The notes below the pieces were generated by a model, which searched no databases, was not told the DNA's origin, and saw nothing but the letters and a program-made list of their open reading frames with translations. A program made the position numbers and the translations under genes. From positions 1 to 35,512 of the forward strand of contig CAZHIV010000227.1 in NCBI GenBank assembly GCA_964532675.1: DNA of 35,512 bases. Direction: 5' to 3'. Shown here piece after piece: positions 8,066 to 16,432 of the stretch. Every line of letters starts with the position of its first letter. Position 1 is the stretch's first letter. The stretch comes from an uncultured Planctomycetaceae bacterium. Its GTDB lineage: Bacteria > Planctomycetota > Planctomycetia > Pirellulales > Lacipirellulaceae.

Positions 8066-8808
8066 GCAACTGCGGACAGACTTTCTTTCGTGCCCACATA
8101 AAGTGTAGCGACGCCAAGTGTCAGCGGGTAGCGGCGCAGGTCGGTAAGCCCGGCGGCGCGCATGCGTTCGGCGAGCGTCTCGCCCTGGGGAAACTCGCCG
8201 ACGCTGGTGGGCAGATACTCGTACGCGCCGCCGGAGTTGCGAGCGAACAGCCCGCCGATTCGCGGCAGCACGTGGCGGAAATACCAGCCGTAGATCGACT
8301 TGAACGGCTGGCGCGTGGGCATGGAGAATTCCAGGATGGCCAGGCGGCCGCCTGGCGCACAGACGCGGGCCATTTCCGCCAGACCGCGATCCGTGTCGGC
8401 CACGTTGCGCAGGCCGAAGGCGACGCACACGATCTGAAACGCATCTGCCGGCAGCGGCAACGATTGGGCGTCGGCCTCGAGGAACGTGATTCGCGATTCG
8501 GCCCCGGCTTTGCGCGCCTTTTCGCGCCCGATGGCCAACATCTCGTGGCAGAAGTCGGCAGCGACGATCGTCGTGCCGCCCGCCGCGGCCCGGTCGTAGG
8601 CCAGCGCCAAGTCGCCCGTGCCGGTGCAGACGTCCAGAATGGGCAGCGGCGGCGTCTCCGATTGCAAATTCGGCGCCACGAGCCGCACCGTCCGGCGGCG
8701 CCAATGGCGGTCGATGCCCAGCGACAGCAGATGATTCAAAAAATCGTAGCGTCCGGCAATCTGGCCGAACATTCGGCGAACGCGATCGGACGACTTGTCA
8801 ACGGGCAT
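8062..8808 (-). CDS. ubiE: Demethylmenaquinone/ubiquinone C-methyltransferase UbiE/MenG
   Basis: VRRMFGQIAGRYDFLNHLLSLGIDRHWRR is the characteristic UbiE N-terminal block, and LDVCTGTGDLA is the SAM-binding motif I. The ATG at 8808 (MPVDKSS) is preferred to the GTG at 8844. Confidence 0.88.
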   Translation of the reverse strand: MPVDKSSDRVRRMFGQIAGRYDFLNHLLSLGIDRHWRRRTVRLVAPNLQSETPPLPILDVCTGTGDLALAYDRAAAGGTTIVAADFCHEMLAIGREKARKAGAESRITFLEADAQSLPLPADAFQIVCVAFGLRNVADTDRGLAEMARVCAPGGRLAILEFSMPTRQPFKSIYGWYFRHVLPRIGGLFARNSGGAYEYLPTSVGEFPQGETLAERMRAAGLTDLRRYPLTLGVATLYVGTKESLSAVA

Positions 8809-8877
8809 GAGGGAGATTCTAACCACGGGGTGCACGGAAGACACGGAGGGGCCAGCATTTTATTAACGAGCCGCTTC

Positions 8878-9651
8878 ATGGAACGTCAGCAATTACGCGT
8901 TCACCACTTGCCGAAAAATGTCGACGAGCGGGAGCTCGCCAGTAGCACCGTGGTTGTACTCGATATCCTGCGGGCAACCACGACGATCTGCCAGGCGCTG
9001 GCCGCTGGCGCGATCGATGTCGTGCCCCTTTTGGAAGTGGACGAAGCGCGGGCGGCGGCGAAGGTTGCTCGAGAGAGCGGCAATAACGTGATCCTGGGCG
9101 GCGAACGGAGCGGTGGCCGGATTGCAGGCTTCGATCTTGGAAATTCGCCGTGCGAGTACACGTCGGAGGCGGCAGGCGAACGTCGCGTAATTATCACGAC
9201 GACCAACGGCACGCGTGCCCTTCATCACGCACGGCTGGCTCGCCGCGTGCTGGTTGGGGCGTTTGTGAACCTTTCGGCCGTCGTGGCCTCTGTTCAAGGG
9301 GAGCCGCGCGTCGACATTCTGTGCGCCGGCACCGACGGCGGACCGACTCGCGAGGACATCTTGGCGGCCGGCGCCCTGGTGAGCCGCCTCGCGAGTTCGC
9401 GTGGCGAGTCGTGGGATGTCGACGACTCGGCAAATGCCGCCCGTCGAGAATGGGAAAACGTGTCGAATCGTGCCGCGGCCGCCGGCCGACCCATCGTCGA
9501 GCAGCTCGCGCTTGAGTTGCGCGATACGCCGGGCGGCCGCAATCTGTTGGGCATCGGCCTGGAGCGCGACCTGGTCGATTGCGCCCAAATCGACCGGCTC
9601 GACATCGTGCCGGAGCTCGACGTCCGCGAATGGCGAATCACCGTGCCGTAA
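8878..9651 (+). CDS. 2-phosphosulfolactate phosphatase (ComB) family protein
   Basis: The real start is taken as the in-frame ATG at 8878 (MERQQL); the upstream part of ORF 8272..9651 is antisense to ubiE. The family blocks VVVLDILRATTTI, ITTTNGTRAL and CAGTDG are present. Confidence 0.75.
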   Translation: MERQQLRVHHLPKNVDERELASSTVVVLDILRATTTICQALAAGAIDVVPLLEVDEARAAAKVARESGNNVILGGERSGGRIAGFDLGNSPCEYTSEAAGERRVIITTTNGTRALHHARLARRVLVGAFVNLSAVVASVQGEPRVDILCAGTDGGPTREDILAAGALVSRLASSRGESWDVDDSANAARREWENVSNRAAAAGRPIVEQLALELRDTPGGRNLLGIGLERDLVDCAQIDRLDIVPELDVREWRITVP

Positions 9652-9738
9652 GGCGAAATCGGTCGCGCTGGACTCTGCCCAACGCGCGGCGGTAAAATGA
9701 CCGGCTTCCAACTATCCAATTAGACCAAAAGACGGCTC

Positions 9739-9886
9739 ACCACAAAGGGCACGAAGTTCACAAAGCAGATTTTCGACAGGAGGTAGCAGAGCCAGCAGAG
9801 ACTTCAAGCGAAGCACTCTGCTACCTCTGCTTTCTCCTGTTCAAGACTCCGATCATCTTCTTCGTGTTCTTTGTGTCCTTCGTGGT
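9739..9886. repeat. Nested inverted-repeat element in the comB-like/glyQS spacer
   Basis: The outer arms 9739..9764 and 9861..9886 are complementary at 20/26 positions. Each arm is three CACRAAG heptamers at 9-nt period. An inner perfect 11-bp hairpin (aggtagcagag 9781..9791 / ctctgctacct 9816..9826) has a 24-nt loop. Confidence 0.7.
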
Positions 9887-9918
9887 AAATTGCCTTCAAC
9901 CAATATTGAGAGCGATTC

Positions 9919-11376
9919 ATGATGGACATGGACAAGCTAGTAGCGCTCTGCCGGCGCCGGGGGTTCTTGTTCCAGTCGAGCGAAATCTACGGCGGGCTCA
10001 ACGGCTTCTGGGACTACGGCCCATTAGGCGTGGAGCTGAAACGGAACATCAAGGAATCCGGGTGGCGCGACATGGTCACCAGCCACAACGAGCTGGCGAA
10101 GCCCGCCGGGGCGCCTTCGGCGTTCGAAATGGTGGGCCTCGACTGCTCGATTATCATGCACCCGCAGGTGTGGAAGTGCTCCGGCCACTACGACCTGTTC
10201 CACGACATGATGGTCGACTGCAAGGAGTGCAAGAGCCGTTGGCGAGCCGACCATTTGCAATCGGCTGAGTGCCCGCAGAAGCCGAGCAAGCGTCCGGGCG
10301 AGTTCGAAAAGTGCCGCCTCACCGAGCCGCGCGAATTCAACCTGATGTTCAAGACAATCGTCGGCGCGATGGGCGGCGAGGAGGACACGGCGTTCCTGCG
10401 CCCGGAGACGGCCCAGGGCATCTTTGTGAACTTCAAGAACGTGCTCGACAGCACGCGCGTGAAGATTCCGTTCGGCATCGCCCAGGTCGGGAAGAGTTTT
10501 CGCAACGAGATCACGCCCCGAAATTTCACGTTCCGCTCGCGGGAGTTCGAGCAGATGGAGATCGAGTTCTTCTGCAATCCGGCCACGTCGCGAAAGTGGT
10601 ACGAATACTGGCGCGACCGCCGGATGGCCTGGTACACGAGCCTGGGTCTGGCGGAGGGCTGCTTGCGTCTTCGCGAGCACCCGCCCGAAGAGCTGAGCCA
10701 CTACTCCGTCGGCACCGCGGATATCGAGTACGCCTTCCCGTTTTTGAGCGAGGGCGAGTTTGGCGAGCTGGAGGGAATCGCCCACCGCGGCGACTTCGAC
10801 CTCCGCAGCCACATGGAAGGCAAGCTCGTGAAGAACGCCGAGGGCTGCCTCGAGGTGGAACAAGACGCGGCCGGCAAGCCGAAATACAAGGGCAGCGGCC
10901 GAGACCTCACCTATCGCGACGACGTATCGGGCGAGCGGTTCACGCCGCACGTGATCGAGCCCTCCGCCGGTGCCGACCGGGCGACGCTGGCGTTCCTCTG
11001 CGAAGCGTACCACGAGGACCAGGCCCCCGACGATAAGGGCGACATGCAGACGCGCACCGTCATGCGCTTCAACCCGCGGATCGCGCCGGTGAAGGCGGCC
11101 GTCTTCCCGCTTGTAAAGAAAGACGGCATGCCGGAAGCTGCCAAGGAAATTTACACGGCGCTCAAGCGGCGGTTCGTCGTGTTCTACGACGAGAAGGGCG
11201 CGGTCGGCCGCCGCTACCGCCGCCAGGACGAAGCCGGCACGCCGTTCTGCATCACCGTCGATGGCCAGACGCTGCAAGACGGCACCGTCACGATCCGCGA
11301 CCGCGACACGCTCGAGCAGCGGCGCGTCAAAAGCGCCGACGTGGTGGAAGAGGTCGCCAAACGCGTCGAAAAATAA
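9919..11376 (+). CDS. glyQS: Glycine--tRNA ligase (class II, single-chain alpha2 type)
   Basis: The N-terminal block is LCRRRGFLFQSSEIYGGLNGFWDYGPLGVELKRNI. Class II motifs (FRNEITPRNFTFRSREFEQMEIEFF; EPSAGADR) and a C-terminal anticodon-binding-like domain are present. Confidence 0.92.
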   Translation: MMDMDKLVALCRRRGFLFQSSEIYGGLNGFWDYGPLGVELKRNIKESGWRDMVTSHNELAKPAGAPSAFEMVGLDCSIIMHPQVWKCSGHYDLFHDMMVDCKECKSRWRADHLQSAECPQKPSKRPGEFEKCRLTEPREFNLMFKTIVGAMGGEEDTAFLRPETAQGIFVNFKNVLDSTRVKIPFGIAQVGKSFRNEITPRNFTFRSREFEQMEIEFFCNPATSRKWYEYWRDRRMAWYTSLGLAEGCLRLREHPPEELSHYSVGTADIEYAFPFLSEGEFGELEGIAHRGDFDLRSHMEGKLVKNAEGCLEVEQDAAGKPKYKGSGRDLTYRDDVSGERFTPHVIEPSAGADRATLAFLCEAYHEDQAPDDKGDMQTRTVMRFNPRIAPVKAAVFPLVKKDGMPEAAKEIYTALKRRFVVFYDEKGAVGRRYRRQDEAGTPFCITVDGQTLQDGTVTIRDRDTLEQRRVKSADVVEEVAKRVEK

Positions 11377-11377
11377 A

Positions 11378-11590
11378 TCACGCTCGTTGAAATTCCTGCC
11401 AGTCGATATCCAATTGGCGAACCACTGCGCGGACCGTTCCGAGTCTTAGGTCGCGACTGCCCCAATCCGGTATTACGGTTGACCGTTGCGTGCTCGGGTT
11501 ATGCCATTTGCGGTGTGAGCCACCGCCCCTGCGCTGCAGCTCCTGACAGCCTAATGCCGATAGTTTTCGCGCGACTTCGCGATACTTCAT
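11378..11590 (-). CDS. hicA: HicA-family mRNA interferase toxin
   Basis: The 70-aa protein reads KYREVARKLSALGCQELQRRGGGSHRKWHN...IPDWGSRDLRLGTVRAVVRQLDI, the typical HicA/YcfA pattern with a conserved GSH. It overlaps hicB by 4 nt. Confidence 0.8.
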   Translation of the reverse strand: MKYREVARKLSALGCQELQRRGGGSHRKWHNPSTQRSTVIPDWGSRDLRLGTVRAVVRQLDIDWQEFQRA

Positions 11591-11832
11591 GGGGCGGTAA
11601 CGACCGTTTCAAATAACAGTGGTGCGCTCAAATCCAGAATCCGGCTGCTGCTTGGCAAGGGGCGGCCCAGGTCTTGATACGTCTCCACGACGGCAGCGAG
11701 CGCATCCTTCACGTTGTCGAGGGCTTCCTCGACCGTATCGCCCTCGGTTACTAGCTCGGGCAGCATTGGCGACGTGACGGTGTAACCGCCTTCCGGCTGC
11801 GGCGTCAGCACTAGCGGGATCTTGTATTGCAT
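11587..11832 (-). CDS. hicB: HicB-family antitoxin (short UPF0150 type, no obvious DNA-binding extension)
   Basis: The 81-aa protein reads YKIPLVLTPQPEGGYTVTSPMLPELVTEGDTVEEALDNVKDAL, the HicB N-terminal fold signature. A GAGG lies 7 nt upstream of the ATG. Confidence 0.75.
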   Translation of the reverse strand: MQYKIPLVLTPQPEGGYTVTSPMLPELVTEGDTVEEALDNVKDALAAVVETYQDLGRPLPSSSRILDLSAPLLFETVVTAP

Positions 11833-11912
11833 GGCTCAACCTCTACATCTCAAGATAGTCTTGGAGGGAGTCGTCGGGCAAGCAGAATGCTGAACGCCCC
11901 CCCCGCGACGTG

Positions 11913-12722
11913 CTACCAGCCGCTGGAGAGTCGCGTGGCGAGCTGGTCGACCTGGCCTTTGAGATTCGCCAGGAGCACCTGCGGGCTGGCGCCGCGCACG
12001 AGATCGGCGTAGAAGGCGGGCGCGCCGCCGGAGCGCGTGGCGGCGAGCGCATCGGCCGTGTGCTGTAGCTTGCCGAGCCGGGCGTTGACGTCTTGCAGTT
12101 TCTGGACAGCGTGACGGCTGCTCCGCCACAGCCGCGAGACGACGAGCACCAGGCCAAGGATCAGCGTGCCCTGGCCGCCGAGCGTGAGACCGAGCGCCAA
12201 GTTCCAATAAAGCATTTGCTCCACCGCAAGCGACCAGCCGATCAGGCCGATTCCCGCGATCAATCCGATAGCCCCGACGAACACCACGAGCCAGGAGAAT
12301 ACTTGGGTGCCCTGCGAGGCGCGCGAACGCGTGCGGCTAGCCGCGGAGTGCGGCGAGGCTGGAGCCACGATGGGTGAGGTCGCTTGCTCGATTCCATCGA
12401 ACAAGTTATGCGGCGGATCGAATCGGCGCGCGCGACTTTTGTCTCGGTTCGATGGATTGACCGCGGCGAGCGTCGGCCGTCGCAGCTCGCGGCCGAGGCT
12501 GCGTACGCGCTGCCTGCTCGACCAATCGTCGCGCTGAAGCGGCCGGGCGGCGGCAGCGACTGCCGCGGCCGGTTCGTCCAGCGCGATGCCGTCATCCGAA
12601 ACCCGCGCGGCATGATCCGCCTTCTTTGTCGGAACGGGCTGCTGGCAGCGCGAGCACACGGTGCGGCCGCTTACTGCATTCGTCACGCCCGGAACGTCTT
12701 GCTGGCAGTTGCTACACCACAT
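11913..12722 (-). CDS. Hypothetical membrane protein with N-terminal zinc ribbon
   Basis: ATG start at MWCSNCQ...CSRCQ, two CxxC pairs. Two predicted TM helices follow (VFSWLVVFVGAIGLIAGIGLIGW; LALGLTLGGQGTLILGLVLVV), then a C-terminal coiled-coil-like tail. I recognise no family. Confidence 0.5.
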   Translation of the reverse strand: MWCSNCQQDVPGVTNAVSGRTVCSRCQQPVPTKKADHAARVSDDGIALDEPAAAVAAAARPLQRDDWSSRQRVRSLGRELRRPTLAAVNPSNRDKSRARRFDPPHNLFDGIEQATSPIVAPASPHSAASRTRSRASQGTQVFSWLVVFVGAIGLIAGIGLIGWSLAVEQMLYWNLALGLTLGGQGTLILGLVLVVSRLWRSSRHAVQKLQDVNARLGKLQHTADALAATRSGGAPAFYADLVRGASPQVLLANLKGQVDQLATRLSSGW

Positions 12723-12877
12723 CGTCGTTGGCCCGGCATTCGGGGGCTGCTGTCAGGCGGCTCACTGTGTCGCTGCGCAGTTGTCGCGCACGAGAGCGCG
12801 CGCACAATGGTTTTGAAATCGGCAGCGCACGATGCGAACCTATAACGATTCGGCAAGATTGCACGATGCGGCGACCG

Positions 12878-14782
12878 CTAGTCTATTTTCGCGCTGCTAG
12901 CAGCCGGCGGCTCGTACCATTCGCCGCGGAGCCAGGAGACGAGCAGTTCAAGCTCGCTGGGGCTGAGGCGGTTTGTCGTCGGACTCTCCGCGTTCGGCGC
13001 GAAGGCCGGCATGCGGTCGTTCGTTTCGGGATAGAAGCTTTCGTGCTCCGGGTTGGCGATGAAATTCGCAAGCCAATCGCGAGATCCATACCCTGTGAGA
13101 TCGGGCGCCAGTCCCAGTTCGCCCTCGTCGTGGAACTTGTGGCAGTCGATGCAGGCGAATTCGTTGAGCATGGCGTCGCGGCCGGCGGCGATGCGATCCT
13201 TGTCGTCAGCCGCCGTCGTATCGGTCATGCCGGCTTCCGCCGCCAGCGCAATCGCGACATCGTCGACCTTGCGGCGATACTCGGATAGCTCCTCGCCTTC
13301 CAAGTCCTCGAGTTGTGAGCCAATCGTGTCTTTTACAAACGTGACCATATCGCCCTCGCTGTGGGCCGTGTTGCCAAAGTAATGCGGGCCGGCGATTTGT
13401 TTCGGATCGAGCATGCCACTTACCCACTCGCGGCTGGCGAAGCGCCACAAGTTCGGTGCGGTGGGATTCTCGACCGGGATGCTGTGCGGGGATTCCTGCT
13501 CGGGCTTCGACGGATCGATATGGCCATGGCAAGCCGCGCAGTGTTGCCGAAACAGCTTTGGCCCCTGCGTCTGCGGGTCGTTGCGCAAGAGCGTCAATGC
13601 CCCGCCGGGCGGAATGCCGTCGGGTGCGCCCGCCAACTCGACCGCTCGGAGGGCCTGGCGCTCCGCCTGCGCCACAGCCGCCAAATAGTGTTGCGACTCC
13701 GGAGTCCGGCCGTTGTGATCGTCGTGCCAGGCGATGGCAGTCAACAGGCCCGCACCCAAGAGCAGTGCGAACGTCCACGCGACGTTGAAGCGGTGTCCCA
13801 TTTCCCAGCGGCCGATGAACGGCATCAGGAACAACGATACGAGCACGAGCCCCGGCACCAGCACCGCGCCCACCACGGGCGGGAACGCCTCCAGGTACTT
13901 CATCGCCTGGAACAGGAACAAGAAGTAGCTTTCGGGCCGGGCAGCCGCGAAACTCTCGGCCGGGTTGGCCGGCGCTCCCAGGTCGATACCCAAATGCTGC
14001 CCAACCGGTTCGCCTGGCTCTAGGCCGGGATAGTTCTGCAGCACGAGCACTAGGACTACGATCATTACCGCCAGGCAGGCGATCGCATCGCGGAGAAATT
14101 GATCGGGCCAGAAATAGGCGTCCGGGCGGCGCTTGGGATCGGGGACCTTGAGGCCGTGCCGGCGGAACAAGGCCACGTGCAGCGCCAGGAAGATCACGAG
14201 CAGCGCGGGCAACACGCCGGCGTGCAGCGCGAAGAACCGCGTTAGCGTATGATGCCCGTACTCGCTGCCGCCGACGACCAGTCGCTGCAGCGGCTCGCCC
14301 ACGAGCGGCACCAGCGCGAGCATATTGGTGGCGACCTTCGTGGCCCAGTAGCCCTTCTGGTCCCACGGCAGGAGGTAGCCCGTCAGCGCCAGCGCGAGCA
14401 CGATCTGCATCAGCACCAGTCCGATCCAGAAATTAATTTCTCGCGGCGCGCGGTAGGCCCCGTCGACGACAACTTGCACGAAGTGGATCGCCAGCAGCAC
14501 GACCATCGAGTGGGCGGTGAAATGATGGACGCCCCGCAACAGCCAGCCCGCCGTCATTTCGTGCTGGATGTAATACACGCTTTCCCACGCCGTCTGGGCG
14601 CTCGGGCTGTACGCCGCCCAGAGCGCGAGCCCGGTTACGACTTGCACGAAGAAACAGAAAGAAAGCGTGCTGCCCCAGACGTAGCGCCATCGCGGCCCGC
14701 CGGGAATATGCTCGTAGAGCGCGCCGTGCACCAGCGCGCGATAACCCGTGCGGTGGTTCAGCCAATCGAAGAATCGGCTCAT
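12878..14782 (-). CDS. Cytochrome b (bc/b6f type) fused to a C-terminal diheme cytochrome c domain
   Basis: The N-terminus carries the cytochrome b signature (WLNHRTGY...YVWGSTLSFCFFVQVVTG...HHFTAHSMVVLLAIHF). The C-terminus has two CxxCH motifs (CAACH, CIDCH). The ATG at 14782 forms an ATGA overlap with the Rieske stop codon. Confidence 0.85.
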   Translation of the reverse strand: MSRFFDWLNHRTGYRALVHGALYEHIPGGPRWRYVWGSTLSFCFFVQVVTGLALWAAYSPSAQTAWESVYYIQHEMTAGWLLRGVHHFTAHSMVVLLAIHFVQVVVDGAYRAPREINFWIGLVLMQIVLALALTGYLLPWDQKGYWATKVATNMLALVPLVGEPLQRLVVGGSEYGHHTLTRFFALHAGVLPALLVIFLALHVALFRRHGLKVPDPKRRPDAYFWPDQFLRDAIACLAVMIVVLVLVLQNYPGLEPGEPVGQHLGIDLGAPANPAESFAAARPESYFLFLFQAMKYLEAFPPVVGAVLVPGLVLVSLFLMPFIGRWEMGHRFNVAWTFALLLGAGLLTAIAWHDDHNGRTPESQHYLAAVAQAERQALRAVELAGAPDGIPPGGALTLLRNDPQTQGPKLFRQHCAACHGHIDPSKPEQESPHSIPVENPTAPNLWRFASREWVSGMLDPKQIAGPHYFGNTAHSEGDMVTFVKDTIGSQLEDLEGEELSEYRRKVDDVAIALAAEAGMTDTTAADDKDRIAAGRDAMLNEFACIDCHKFHDEGELGLAPDLTGYGSRDWLANFIANPEHESFYPETNDRMPAFAPNAESPTTNRLSPSELELLVSWLRGEWYEPPAASSAKID

Positions 14783-15384
14783 GCGACGGGAATCCTTTCC
14801 GCGATTCCGGCGCGAAAACGCCGGAAATCCACCCAAATCTCCTGGGTTCCATTCTCGTCGACCAGCTTCACATCAATCGGATCGAGGCCGCGGAGGCTGG
14901 GGCCGAACAGCTTTTCGCCATCCTTGCCGAACGCGCTTTCGTGGCAGGGGCATTCGAATCGATCGTCGGCCGCGTCGAACTCGACCGCGCAGCCTAAGTG
15001 GGGACAGGTGGCCGTAAAGGCCCTCACCTGCGGCTTGTCCTCGGCCTCGGTTCGCAAGGCGAAGACCGAGCCGATCCGTTGTCCGGCCGTGCGTGTCCAG
15101 GCATCGGCGACGTCGGCCGTAACGACAAATTCGCGAGGCACACCGTCGGCCGGCAGCGAGTCGAGCGGGCAAATCCGCACGAAGCCGGACGTGTCGAGCG
15201 CGTCGTCGCCGCTCGGCACGGGCCGACGGCGCAACGGGTGAAGCAATACGCCCAACCCGGCGGCGAACGGAAAGAGCGCCAACATGCCGCCGAGGATTCC
15301 GGCGCCGACGCGGATTAAGAACGACCGGCGGCCCTTCGCGTCATTCACGTTGGGAGACGTCTCGACTTGATTCATGCGCATCAT
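14779..15384 (-). CDS. Rieske [2Fe-2S] subunit of a cytochrome bc-type complex
   Basis: Rieske boxes CPHLGC and CPCHESAF are present, and the N-terminus has a Tat-like motif (GRRSFLIRVGAG). The ATG at 15384 (MMRMNQ) is preferred because the longer ORF would overlap the upstream gene. Confidence 0.85.
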   Translation of the reverse strand: MMRMNQVETSPNVNDAKGRRSFLIRVGAGILGGMLALFPFAAGLGVLLHPLRRRPVPSGDDALDTSGFVRICPLDSLPADGVPREFVVTADVADAWTRTAGQRIGSVFALRTEAEDKPQVRAFTATCPHLGCAVEFDAADDRFECPCHESAFGKDGEKLFGPSLRGLDPIDVKLVDENGTQEIWVDFRRFRAGIAERIPVA

Positions 15385-15430
15385 TCTATTCGGGTGGCGT
15401 CGATCCCCAAACAGAGAATCGCGCCCGGTG

Positions 15431-16411
15431 TCAGGCCATGGCGGCGCGAACCGCTTCGAGCACCGCCGGCTCGGCTTCGGCGAGCGGGCCGGGATAGCGA
15501 ACGCCGGCGGCCGCCCGGTGCCCCCCGCCGCCAAATCGGCCCGCGACCGCATTCACATCCACCGGCGAGCGGCTCCGCAAGCTGACCTTCGTTTCTCGCG
15601 GTCCGAACTCCAGGAACAATACGGCCACCTCGACGCCCGCCACGCCGAGCAAGCGGTTGATCACGTCCTCGGTATCCGTCGGCTCGGCGCCTAGCTCTCG
15701 CAAGTCGGCTTGCGTGATGGCGGTCGACAGCAGCCGGCCGTCCAAGTGTGATTTCACGTTCGAAAGAATGCGTCCCTGCAGCCGCAGGCGGGCCAGGCTG
15801 TTCTGCTCGTACAATGCCGCAAACACGACGTGCGGCTGGGCGCCCGCCGCCGCCAATTGGGTCGCCGCCCGGAATGTGGCCTCCGTCACCGAGGCGAAGC
15901 GAAACCAGCCAGTGTCGGTGGCAATTGCCGCGAACAGCGGCGTGGCCATCGCCGCCGAGAGCTCAATTCCCAATGCGTCGATCGCTTCGAGCACCAATCG
16001 GCCGGTCGATTCGGACGTTGAGTCCTTGAACATCAGGGCCGCCAGATCGTCTTCGCTCACGTGATGGTCGATGACGACTTTTCGCGCCTTCGAGCGGCGG
16101 ATGACGTCGGCCATCGGCCCCAGCTGCACCCAGGCGCTTGTGTCGAGCACCACATGCACATCGCACTCGGCGTCGGCTTCGCTCGTATCGCGGCCGAGCA
16201 CTTCCACGTCGTGGTTCGGGTCGATGAACGCGATATGGGGAGGCACCTCGTCGCCGTTGATGATACGCACCGCCTTGCCGTGCGAGCGCAGCGCCAGTGC
16301 CAGCGCGATTTCGCTGCCCAGCGCGTCGCAGTCGGGCCGCATGTGGCTGGTGAGCACGAACGACTGCTTGTCGGCCACGAGCTTCGTCAATGGGCGCCAG
16401 TCGATAGGCAT
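15431..16411 (-). CDS. DHH/DHHA1 phosphoesterase (NrnA-like oligoribonuclease/pAp phosphatase)
   Basis: Motifs SHMRPDCDALGS, VVIDHH and a C-terminal GGGGHRAAAG (DHHA1) are present. The start is ambiguous. The ATG at 16411 (MPIDW) puts the heptamer tract in the spacer. The TTG at 16447 would translate the tract as PSPQPPAP and overlap ribF. Confidence 0.8.
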   Translation of the reverse strand: MPIDWRPLTKLVADKQSFVLTSHMRPDCDALGSEIALALALRSHGKAVRIINGDEVPPHIAFIDPNHDVEVLGRDTSEADAECDVHVVLDTSAWVQLGPMADVIRRSKARKVVIDHHVSEDDLAALMFKDSTSESTGRLVLEAIDALGIELSAAMATPLFAAIATDTGWFRFASVTEATFRAATQLAAAGAQPHVVFAALYEQNSLARLRLQGRILSNVKSHLDGRLLSTAITQADLRELGAEPTDTEDVINRLLGVAGVEVAVLFLEFGPRETKVSLRSRSPVDVNAVAGRFGGGGHRAAAGVRYPGPLAEAEPAVLEAVRAAMA

Positions 16412-16432
16412 GGGGGCTGGGGGCTGGGGGCT
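16412..16432. repeat. (GGGGGCT)x3 heptanucleotide tract at the ribF/nrnA junction
   Basis: Three perfect 7-nt units run from 16412 to 16432. The last unit contains part of the ribF stop codon (cta at 16431..16433). Confidence 0.9.

Noticed and set aside
9652-9918. Possible T-box or other riboswitch leader upstream of the glycyl-tRNA synthetase gene.
   Set aside because: I found no T-box consensus (AAnnnGGGTGGTACCGCG-like) and no specifier-loop architecture. The structure is better described as a nested inverted repeat. T-box control is also not established in this lineage.
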